From: Patescibacteria group bacterium
GTDB taxonomy: Bacteria; Patescibacteriota; Minisyncoccia; UBA6257; UBA9933
DNA length: 24,000 nt
NCBI GenBank assembly: GCA_031432155.1
Contig: JASJPP010000028.1
Coordinates: 1 to 24,000 of the forward strand
Direction of reading: 5' to 3'
Positions 5,556-11,727 of this stretch are shown piece by piece. How positions within the stretch are numbered: the first letter of the stretch is position 1; every line of letters begins with the position of its first letter. Made by a program: the position numbers and the translations under genes. A model generated the notes under the pieces. The model was not told where the DNA came from. It saw only the letters and a list, made by a program, of their open reading frames with translations, and made no database searches.

Positions 5556-6927
5556 AATCGTCTATAAACTGAATTTTAATTTTCACATACGAATTTATAA
5601 AAAATCGGACAAATCTATAAAATAGAAACGGTCCCTTTAACCTCCACGGCAAGCGCAATATTTTTCGGTAATCTAGTTTTTGAAAAAGAGCGCGAGAACA
5701 CTCCTCAATTCTATCCTTAGAAAAATGTTTTGAAAGTTGTTTAGAGCCGACCATTATGCGAATAAATCTTCGGTAATAATCGGAAAGACTGGCCACAGAG
5801 TTAAAGTAAATTATAGAGTTTTCGACCTCTTTTGTCTGGGGCCAGTATATGTATTGTAAAAATTGGTCTTCATTAAGCACCGCAGGAAGATGAACAAAAT
5901 TTTCTCTTCTTAACATCATGGTGGCCCCTCTCATTATTTCGCTTTGCTTGCGGTAAGGTTGAATATCAAACTTGACCCCCAAAATCCAATGCCAAAACAG
6001 CTTCCATGGATTTTTGCTTTGGAGTGGTAATCTTTTCCATGATGAAAAAATGCATCTCAAATTTTTTTGTGTAATGAGAGCGTCCATGAGATTTGTCAGA
6101 CATTTTTCTTCAAGAATAACATCATCATCAACTACACAGAAAAGCTCTCCGGACGAGACAGAAAAAATTTTGTTTAAGGTGTTTGATTTACCTTTTATGC
6201 CATTGTTTTCTATCAGACGAGTTTTTATATTACTTACATCACTCTCTTTTATGAAATTCTCTACAACCGAGACGGTATTGTCGGTACAATGGTCTGCACA
6301 AATTATCACTTCTTTTCTGATAGAGTCTTTAATCTTCTGCAAGTTTTCAAACAGAGATTGAAGAGTTTTTGAAATTGTAAGTTCACCGTTGTGGATTGGA
6401 ATGGCAATGGTTAGCGATTTTATATCAGTTAGATCTTTATAGGTTTTGACTTTCTTGTTGTAGTAAAAGCATTGTCGCGCCTTAAGAAGGTTTTCTTTAT
6501 CAAATGAAATTTTTTCGACCGCCTCTTCAAATGGAATCCACTCAGCCGCTTCAAACCCCTCATCAGTATTAGGTTTAATCTCTGCTTTTTCATTAAGACG
6601 AAGGACGTAGAGATGAACATTCTTATAGTGAGTAGTATCGCTATCGTCAAGAGTAAATGTGTAACTATCAATCTTCAAAAACGAAACGATCTCCGGAGTT
6701 TCTTTTAGGGTAAGTTCTTCTTTAACTTCCCTTATTGCGGCATCCTGCGCTCCTTCGCCTTTTCTGATGTGACCTTTTGGAATGAGGTAATGTCCGTCTG
6801 GTTTACGTAATAAAGCTACAAACGGCTCGTGAGTCTTGTCGTCTTCGAAAAACACAAAACCTCCGGCAGATTCATGTTTTATGCCGTTTGGCGAATATTC
6901 AATTTGATCGTTTTCGTTAAATTCCAT
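5527..6927 (-). CDS. Nudix hydrolase - family 2 glycosyltransferase fusion protein
   Basis: The N-terminus carries a Nudix box, GHIRKGEGAQDAAIREVKEELTL (Gx5Ex7REUxEExGU). The C-terminal ~290 aa has GT2 features: LTIAIPIHNGELTISKTLQSL, ICADHCTDNT, and VVDDDV as the DxD motif. Confidence 0.8.
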   Translation of the reverse strand: MEFNENDQIEYSPNGIKHESAGGFVFFEDDKTHEPFVALLRKPDGHYLIPKGHIRKGEGAQDAAIREVKEELTLKETPEIVSFLKIDSYTFTLDDSDTTHYKNVHLYVLRLNEKAEIKPNTDEGFEAAEWIPFEEAVEKISFDKENLLKARQCFYYNKKVKTYKDLTDIKSLTIAIPIHNGELTISKTLQSLFENLQKIKDSIRKEVIICADHCTDNTVSVVENFIKESDVSNIKTRLIENNGIKGKSNTLNKIFSVSSGELFCVVDDDVILEEKCLTNLMDALITQKNLRCIFSSWKRLPLQSKNPWKLFWHWILGVKFDIQPYRKQSEIMRGATMMLRRENFVHLPAVLNEDQFLQYIYWPQTKEVENSIIYFNSVASLSDYYRRFIRIMVGSKQLSKHFSKDRIEECSRALFQKLDYRKILRLPWRLKGPFLFYRFVRFFINSYVKIKIQFIDDYEWFRFKQN

Positions 6928-6933
6928 CGTTGT

Positions 6934-6962
6934 ATTATAGCGGTTTTTAGCGTGGATTGGAA
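6934..6962 (-). promoter_or_regulatory. Candidate promoter of the Nudix-GT2 / NTase / cyclase operon; probably yields a leaderless or near-leaderless mRNA
   Basis: The minus strand has TATAAT (6939-6934) only 6 nt upstream of the ATG at 6927. TTCCAA (6962-6957) lies at a 17-nt spacing as a weak -35. Confidence 0.35.
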
Positions 6963-6992
6963 AAGCGGCTCTATCTTTCGAGAGAGCCGCTT
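6957..6992 (-). terminator. Intrinsic terminator (minus strand) just inside the right cargo boundary
   Basis: A 10-bp perfect stem joins 6963-6972 and 6983-6992, with 2 more inner pairs. On the minus strand it is followed by TTTTCC. It lies directly after the stop codon of the ORF tail at 6996. Confidence 0.45.
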
Positions 6993-6995
6993 GGG

Positions 6996-7100
6996 TTACG
7001 GGAGATATTTCTGAACCAGTTGGTCTATCTTCTGGTAGAGTTCCTTGAGCGTCCCAGAATTGTCAACAACTTCGCCTGCGATCTCCTTGAGCGCTGGGAT
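6996..7100 (-). other. Orphan 3' coding end (35 codons, ..AGIPALKEIAGEVVDNSGTLKELYQKIDQLVQKYLP*) abutting IR-B
   Basis: This is the non-repeat part of ORF 6996..7217(-). It has protein-like amphipathic composition and a stop followed immediately by a terminator hairpin. The only in-frame starts lie inside the structured repeat. Confidence 0.25.
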
Positions 7101-7128
7101 TCCTGCGCGGCGGAAACGCTCCCGCTCC

Positions 7129-7195
7129 AAAACAAAAAAAGTCGAGGCAAAGCAAAATCCTTTTCTCCCGCAAAAATAGTTTTTGCTTTGTCGAG
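7129..7195 (-). terminator. Second copy of the IR-B terminator-like hairpin (reads inward, toward the cargo)
   Basis: Exact mirror of 2594-2660. Confidence 0.4.
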
Positions 7196-7450
7196 TCCGC
7201 ATTGAAGCCCCACGCACTGCCCGAATACTTGGAGGGCAGAACCCCGAAAGAAAAACACCCTTTCCTTTTTCAAAAGAAATTTCACCCCCGCCAAATCAGA
7301 AATGCAAGGAGTGTTTTTTCTTTCGGGGTTGCTGGCGTACTCGCCAGTGCGTGGGGCTTTCTCGGAGCGTACGCTTTTTGGCCAGAGCCACCACGCGCTC
7401 CGCGCGTGGTACATCATTCGGGGTTCTGCTGGAAATGAGTCCGAACTTTT
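7129..7450 (-). ncRNA. Candidate structured RNA inside IR-B (copy 2)
   Basis: Exact mirror of 2339-2660, with the same helices. Confidence 0.35.
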
Positions 7451-7486
7451 TGGTATAATGACCACATTTTAGAAAAGGGCAAGATA
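7442..7486 (+). other. attR-like junction J3 (arm B | CCACA | host flank)
   Basis: The sequence is TTTTTGGTATAATGA-CCACA-TTTTAGAAAAGGGCAAG. The left half is identical to J2 and the right half is unique. Confidence 0.6.
7451..7459 (+). promoter_or_regulatory. Extended -10 promoter (TGGTATAAT) firing outward across the attR-like core into host DNA toward the ydcF-like gene
   Basis: TGG TATAAT lies at 7451-7459. The CCACA core at 7462-7466 is where the transcription start is expected. Confidence 0.5.
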
Positions 7487-7590
7487 GAGGAAGCCGCCTC
7501 GCTTCGCTCGGCGGCCAATTCGTATTGAATTTTGGGCGAAAAAATCAGTTGGCAATTCTGTATTTTGGGAAAAGAAAAATTTTTAATCTC

Positions 7591-8226
7591 ATGGAAACAA
7601 AAGAGACCGACTTGAAAACCATCCAATCGTTCGTTGACACAATCATCGGGTTTCTTATTGAAAGCGTCCCATCCAAAGATTTGCCGCAAGTTGACGCTAT
7701 TTTTGTTTTTGGCCACTACGAGCCCCAAGTAGCGCATCATGCCGCAGAACTTTGGAAGAAAGGTAAGGCGCCGCGTATTGTAATTTCTGGCAAGGGCAGA
7801 GATGCTATTCCTGAAAGATTTGAGACGGAGGCGGATTTTTACGCTTCTTTGGTTGAATCTGACGGCGTTCCTAAAGAAGTATTGATACTCGAGAAGGAAT
7901 CTACAAACTCTCTCGAGAATGTAATTCTTGGGATGGCTATGTGTCGAAATGCCGGAGTAAATCCAAAATCGGTAATTCTGTGCGCTATGCCGCCACTCTT
8001 GCGGAGGTCGTGCGCTACTTTCCGAAAGCAGTTTCCAGACATCACTGTTTATGGTAGCGCATTCTCTATGCCTCAAGGGTGGTTCACGCCTCGCCGGATT
8101 AACCGACTTCTCGGTGAGCTTGAAAGGCTTGATGAATATGCCGAGAAAGGCGACATCATAAAAGTAGAAATCCCTGACGAAGTTTTCTCTTCTGCGGAAA
8201 AAATCCGCCAACACTTGCTCCGGTAA
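7591..8226 (+). CDS. DUF218 / YdcF-like (SanA/ElyC family) protein
   Basis: AIFVFGHYEP...APRIVISGKG...ETEADFYASLVESDGVPKEVLILEKESTNSLENV matches the DUF218 pattern (G..., SGG-like, SEA..M, GVP...I..E..S.NT.EN). The ORF-track start at 7525 is TTG; the first ATG is 7591. Confidence 0.8.
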   Translation: METKETDLKTIQSFVDTIIGFLIESVPSKDLPQVDAIFVFGHYEPQVAHHAAELWKKGKAPRIVISGKGRDAIPERFETEADFYASLVESDGVPKEVLILEKESTNSLENVILGMAMCRNAGVNPKSVILCAMPPLLRRSCATFRKQFPDITVYGSAFSMPQGWFTPRRINRLLGELERLDEYAEKGDIIKVEIPDEVFSSAEKIRQHLLR

Positions 8227-8261
8227 TCTATTGATCGCTGGGGCTTTTTCTTTTTGATTTT

Positions 8262-8278
8262 TTATAATTTTTAGATTA
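8262..8278 (+). promoter_or_regulatory. Candidate uppS promoter module TTATAATTTTTAGATT
   Basis: It contains TATAAT (8263-8268). 16 nt are identical to 420-435 upstream of tRNA-Ala(GGC). Confidence 0.3.
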
Positions 8279-8358
8279 AGATTCATATTGAATTTGCCGC
8301 CAAAGAAAAACTTGATTCGCCGGCTGGCGAATGTCAACGGCGCGGCGGAGCGAAAACC

Positions 8359-8388
8359 GTCCGAACTATTTCAAGAATAGACCACAAT
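8359..8388 (+). repeat. Degenerate copy of the IR-B outer end plus core (pseudo-att-like)
   Basis: GTCCGAAC-N13-GACCACAAT compares with GTCCGAAC-N13-GACCACAAT at J2 (and GTCCGAAC-N13-GACCACA at J3). Spacing is identical and 22 of 30 positions are identical. It is 7 nt upstream of the uppS ATG. Confidence 0.4.
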
Positions 8389-8394
8389 ATTGTT

Positions 8395-9099
8395 ATGAAT
8401 TTACCGTCTCACATCGTTATTGTTCCCGACGGCAACAGGCGGTGGGCGGAGAATAAAGGCCTGCCTTCTTTTTTTGGCCATCGCGAAGGAGCGAAAACAA
8501 CGGAAAAAATTCTGAAAACCGCCATGGAAATGAAAATCCCTTTCTTTACTTTTTGGGGGTGTTCGCTTAATAATGTGATTAAGAGACCAAAAAAGGAAGT
8601 TGATTTTTTATTCGGCATTTTTGAAAAGCATTTTGAAAAATTGGCCAAAAACAGGGAAGTTCATAAAAACGGCGTCAAAATAGACGTTATCGGCCGTTGG
8701 CGCAAAATATTTCCAGAAAGAGTAAAAAAAGCGATTGAAAAAGCGATTGAGAAAACGAAAGATTATAAAAATTACCGCCTTACTTTTCTGATGGCTTACA
8801 GTGGCGTTGACGAGATGACAGCCGCGATTCAAAAAATCACGCAACTTAAAATTAAAGATTCAAAATTTGAAATTGACGAAAAAACCGTAAAAGAAAATCT
8901 TTGGACGAAAGATTTGCCGCCGGTTGATTTGGTTATTCGCACCGGCGGCGAACCGCACTGGTCAGCCGGATTGATGATGTGGGACGTCGCCGAAGCGCAG
9001 CTTTATTTCACTAAAACTTTGTGGCCGGATTTTTCCGAGAATGAATTCAAAAAAACGATAGAAAAATATTCGGAAATCGAAAGAAGGATGGGGCAGTAG
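8395..9099 (+). CDS. uppS: Undecaprenyl-diphosphate synthase (cis-prenyltransferase)
   Basis: HIVIVPDGNRRWA is the N-terminal motif. FTFWGCS, IRTGGEPHWS, GLMMWDVAEAQLYF and the ~234 aa length are typical of UppS. Confidence 0.9.
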   Translation: MNLPSHIVIVPDGNRRWAENKGLPSFFGHREGAKTTEKILKTAMEMKIPFFTFWGCSLNNVIKRPKKEVDFLFGIFEKHFEKLAKNREVHKNGVKIDVIGRWRKIFPERVKKAIEKAIEKTKDYKNYRLTFLMAYSGVDEMTAAIQKITQLKIKDSKFEIDEKTVKENLWTKDLPPVDLVIRTGGEPHWSAGLMMWDVAEAQLYFTKTLWPDFSENEFKKTIEKYSEIERRMGQ

Positions 9100-9164
9100 C
9101 TCAGCGGCAGAGCACTACATTTGCAATGTAGGGGTCGCGGGTTCAAATCCCGCCTGCTCCACCA
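9090..9164 (+). tRNA. tRNA-Ala (anticodon TGC), CCA encoded
   Basis: Acceptor is GGGGCAG/CTGCTCC with G3:U70. Anticodon arm is CTACA-TTTGCAA-TGTAG, T arm is GCGGG-TTCAAAT-CCCGC, and the 3' end is ACCA. The 5' end overlaps the last 10 nt of uppS. Confidence 0.85.
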
Positions 9165-9206
9165 ATACGGAACGGAGCGGTTTTTGTCGGTAAGATTTGA
9201 ATTTAC

Positions 9207-9296
9207 GGAGGAGTGCCTGAGTGGTTGAAAGGGACGGTCTTGAAAACCGTTATACCCGAAAGGGTATCGTGAGTTCGAATCTCACCTCCTCCGCCA
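9207..9296 (+). tRNA. tRNA-Ser (anticodon TGA), CCA encoded
   Basis: Acceptor is GGAGGAG/CTCCTCC. Anticodon arm is ACGGT-CTTGAAA-ACCGT. The long variable arm is TATACCCGAAAGGGTATC. T arm is GTGAG-TTCGAAT-CTCAC, ending GCCA. Confidence 0.85.
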
Positions 9297-9691
9297 TGTT
9301 GGAAAATTTTGAACCGTTTAAAAAAGAAGAACAATCTTTTGAGATTGATTCCGATAAAATCGCCAAAGAATACGCCGAAAAAGTGCGCGAGTGCCTTCGC
9401 GACTTAAAAAATAAAAACGCCGACATTCATTTTGAAAGTATTGATCCGGATGAGCTGACTTACGATGATTTAATGATCGCCGATAAATTTCAAAAAGGGA
9501 ATTTAAGCAAAAAAGAATTTAATGAATATCGCGAGCGGCTGCAATCCTACATTGATTTGGCGAAGCGGGATAACGGAGAAAACTTCAATCTTCTTAAAGA
9601 TTCTCGCGTCAATCTTTCCGCCTGGATTTTGAATAAGATGATAATTTCCGAATTTAAGGAAAAACATCCTGAAATTGAAAATCAAAAATAA
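9296..9691 (+). CDS. Hypothetical protein (131 aa, charged, no obvious TM segment)
   Basis: The ORF 9221..9691 begins inside tRNA-Ser. The first ATG (9296) overlaps the terminal A of the tRNA CCA. No recognisable motif. Confidence 0.45.
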   Translation: MLENFEPFKKEEQSFEIDSDKIAKEYAEKVRECLRDLKNKNADIHFESIDPDELTYDDLMIADKFQKGNLSKKEFNEYRERLQSYIDLAKRDNGENFNLLKDSRVNLSAWILNKMIISEFKEKHPEIENQK

Positions 9692-9732
9692 ATGCGAATA
9701 AGTCGCTGAAAAATCATTGCTGTCGCTGTTTT

Positions 9733-9748
9733 ATCGCGGCGATTTTTT
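9733..9748 (+). terminator. Weak terminator candidate after the hypothetical gene
   Basis: ATCG-CGG-CGAT forms a 4-bp stem, followed by a T6 run. Confidence 0.2.
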
Positions 9749-9764
9749 GTGTTAAACTTCGGCA

Positions 9765-10982
9765 ATGTTCAGATTTAAAATTAAAAATATCCATAAAAAA
9801 TCAAGAACCGGATTTTTTGACACGCCGCACGGAAAAATTAAAACGCCCAATATCGCCACCGTTGCCACGCACGGTAAAATAAAATTACTGACCAAAACCG
9901 ATCATTCGCGAGTCAATCCGGATTTAACGATTGCCAACACTTTTCATCTTTTCGTAAATAACAAAGTAAAAGAAATTAAAAAAGCCGGCGGGCTTCATAA
10001 ATGGTCCGGATTTAAAAAACCGATCATGACCGATTCGGGCGGATTTCAAGTTTTTAGTTTGGGTTGGGGGAGGGCGCATGGAACGGGAAAGGTCGGTAAA
10101 ATAGAAAATTTTTTTGAAGCGAGCCGGAAATTCGACGTTCAAAAATTTGCGAACAACAAAAATCCCGTTAAGATTTCCGAAAAAGGAGTTGTTTTTAATT
10201 ATGACAATAAAAAATACGATTTTATTCCGGAAAAATCAATAAAAATCCAGGAAGATTTGGGAGCTGATGTCATTTTCGCTTTTGACGAATGCACTTCGCC
10301 GCTTCATGACCATTTTTATACCAAAAAATCAATGGAACGGACTCATCGCTGGGCGGTTCGTTCATTGAACGCCCATAAAAAAAAGAATCAGGCGCTTTTT
10401 GGCATTGTTCAGGGAGGCGTTTTTGAAGATTTAAGAAAAAAATCTTCAAAATTTATCGGCGGCTTGCCTTTTGACGGATTTGGCATCGGCGGTTCATTCG
10501 GCGAAAAACAAATGAAAGACGTTTTAAGATGGTCATTGAGCGGTTTGCCGGAAGAAAAACCCCGCCATCTTTTGGGAATCGGAAAAATCAAAGATATTTT
10601 TATCGCCGTCAAAGAGGGAATTGATTTGTTTGACTGCGTTATCCCGACCCGCGAAGCTCGCCACGGAATTCTTTACGTTAAATCCGGCAAATTCGCGATT
10701 GAAAAGGGGATTTTCGCCGGCGACAAAAAATTGATTGACGGAAATTGCGGCTGTTTCGTTTGCCGCAACAAAATTACCCGCAAAGAGCTTCATTGCTATT
10801 TTAAGTCGGCGCGAAAAGCCGACAACAAAAAATTATCGACTTGCGATGTCGATAGATTGGTTTTGGGAAAACGTTTGGCTACCATTCATAATATCCATTT
10901 TTTTAAAAATCTTTTCGGGGAAATCCGCGAAGCGATTGCCGACGGAAAACTGGATAAACTGGAAAGGGAATATCTTTTTTGA
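9765..10982 (+). CDS. tgt: tRNA-guanine transglycosylase (queuine tRNA-ribosyltransferase)
   Basis: Motifs are TPHGKIKTPNIATVATHG, MTDSGGFQVFSL, FAFDECTS, GIVQGG, GFGIGGS, LLGIGK and a C-terminal CxCxxC zinc site (CGCFVC). Confidence 0.9.
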   Translation: MFRFKIKNIHKKSRTGFFDTPHGKIKTPNIATVATHGKIKLLTKTDHSRVNPDLTIANTFHLFVNNKVKEIKKAGGLHKWSGFKKPIMTDSGGFQVFSLGWGRAHGTGKVGKIENFFEASRKFDVQKFANNKNPVKISEKGVVFNYDNKKYDFIPEKSIKIQEDLGADVIFAFDECTSPLHDHFYTKKSMERTHRWAVRSLNAHKKKNQALFGIVQGGVFEDLRKKSSKFIGGLPFDGFGIGGSFGEKQMKDVLRWSLSGLPEEKPRHLLGIGKIKDIFIAVKEGIDLFDCVIPTREARHGILYVKSGKFAIEKGIFAGDKKLIDGNCGCFVCRNKITRKELHCYFKSARKADNKKLSTCDVDRLVLGKRLATIHNIHFFKNLFGEIREAIADGKLDKLEREYLF

Positions 10983-10983
10983 T

Positions 10984-11703
10984 TTACGCTTTCGCCAAAA
11001 CCAAAGCGATTATTTTTTTGGCGCCGTTTTCTTTCAATATTTTTACGGCTTCGTTTATCGTGGCTCCGGAGGTGAAAACGTCGTCAACCAGAATAACGTT
11101 TTTACCCGTGATTTTCTCGATATTTTTCGCTTTAAAACATCCTTTGATGTTTTCAATTCTTTCTTCGTTGTCTTTCAGATGCGCCTGGTTTTTGGTTTTT
11201 TTCGTTCGGTTAAGAGGCGATTCAAGCGGCAGTTTAAAATCGTCGCTGAGGCGGGAAGCGATCAGTTCCGCCTGATTGAAGCCCCTTGTTCTTTGTCGCG
11301 AAGAATGAAGGGGAATAGGCGCGACAATTGTTCCCGATTTTAAAATTTTAAGTTCGGGATTTAAAAGATTAACGTAATCAACCGCAATTTTCCCCAGAAC
11401 CGGCGACAAGTTTTTAAAATTTTTGTATTTAAAACAAAGAATCAGATTTCGGAGAATCGGGTCGTTGTAATCGCCGGCGGCGGCTAAAATATACGGGCTG
11501 TTAAAATGGCAGATTTTTTTGTTTTCCGCGAGTCTTGAACGGCAGACCGGACAAAAAAGAGAGGTGTTTAATTTGATCGAAGACAGGCATTTTCCGCAAA
11601 TCAGATTATTTTCGTCCCCAATATATTCTCGGCAATTCAGGCAAACCGGCGGGAAGAATATGCTTAAAAAAATGTTTTTCGCTTTGATTAGGAATTGAAA
11701 CAT
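10984..11703 (-). CDS. comFC: ComF-family phosphoribosyltransferase-like competence protein
   Basis: The N-terminus has a double CxxC zinc finger (CLNCREY..CGKC..CPVCR). RGFNQAELIA is present. The C-terminal PRTase motif is ILVDDVFTSGATINEA. Confidence 0.85.
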   Translation of the reverse strand: MFQFLIKAKNIFLSIFFPPVCLNCREYIGDENNLICGKCLSSIKLNTSLFCPVCRSRLAENKKICHFNSPYILAAAGDYNDPILRNLILCFKYKNFKNLSPVLGKIAVDYVNLLNPELKILKSGTIVAPIPLHSSRQRTRGFNQAELIASRLSDDFKLPLESPLNRTKKTKNQAHLKDNEERIENIKGCFKAKNIEKITGKNVILVDDVFTSGATINEAVKILKENGAKKIIALVLAKA

Positions 11704-11711
11704 TGTATAAT
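11684..11711 (+). promoter_or_regulatory. Candidate promoter of the pil operon
   Basis: TTGATT (11684-11689), 16 nt spacer, TATAAT (11706-11711). The pilM ATG lies 17 nt downstream. The -35 sits inside the divergent comFC 5' coding end. Confidence 0.4.
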
Positions 11712-11727
11712 AATATCATATAAAAAC

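Larger units (their letters stand above)
577..7466. mobile_element. Integrative element (~6.9 kb) at the tRNA-Ala 3' end: large serine recombinase plus cargo, bounded by direct CCACA cores
   Basis: CCACA occurs at 577-581 and 7462-7466 in direct orientation. The element starts exactly at the tRNA 3' end. It contains a recombinase gene, the cargo is visibly AT-richer than the flanks, and the internal junction at 2323-2327 equals the joined ends. Confidence 0.7.
7101..7466. repeat. IR-B, right arm (366 bp, inverted copy of 2323-2688)
   Basis: See the left arm. It ends with the CCACA core at 7462-7466. Confidence 0.95.

Noticed and set aside
577-7466. Interpretation as an IS or transposon with a 5-bp target-site duplication (CCACA at both ends)
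   Set aside because: The element termini (ATTCCGAATTTG.. and ..GGTATAATGA) are not inverted repeats of each other and no DDE transposase is present. The core recurs at the internal junction with both arms, and the enzyme is a serine recombinase. Site-specific recombination at a shared core therefore fits better than a TSD.
2323-7466. CRISPR array or other spaced-repeat locus
   Set aside because: Only two long (366 bp) inverted copies exist, not short direct repeats with spacers. No CRISPR-like periodicity appears anywhere in the window.
7414-8337. 307-aa minus-strand ORF
   Set aside because: It is fully antisense to the well-supported DUF218/YdcF-like gene and extends into IR-B. It has no recognisable motif.
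10735-11343. Plus-strand ORFs 10735..11343 and 10979..11275
   Set aside because: They are antisense to or overlapping the well-supported tgt 3' end and comFC. Their composition is Phe/Arg-rich and low-complexity.
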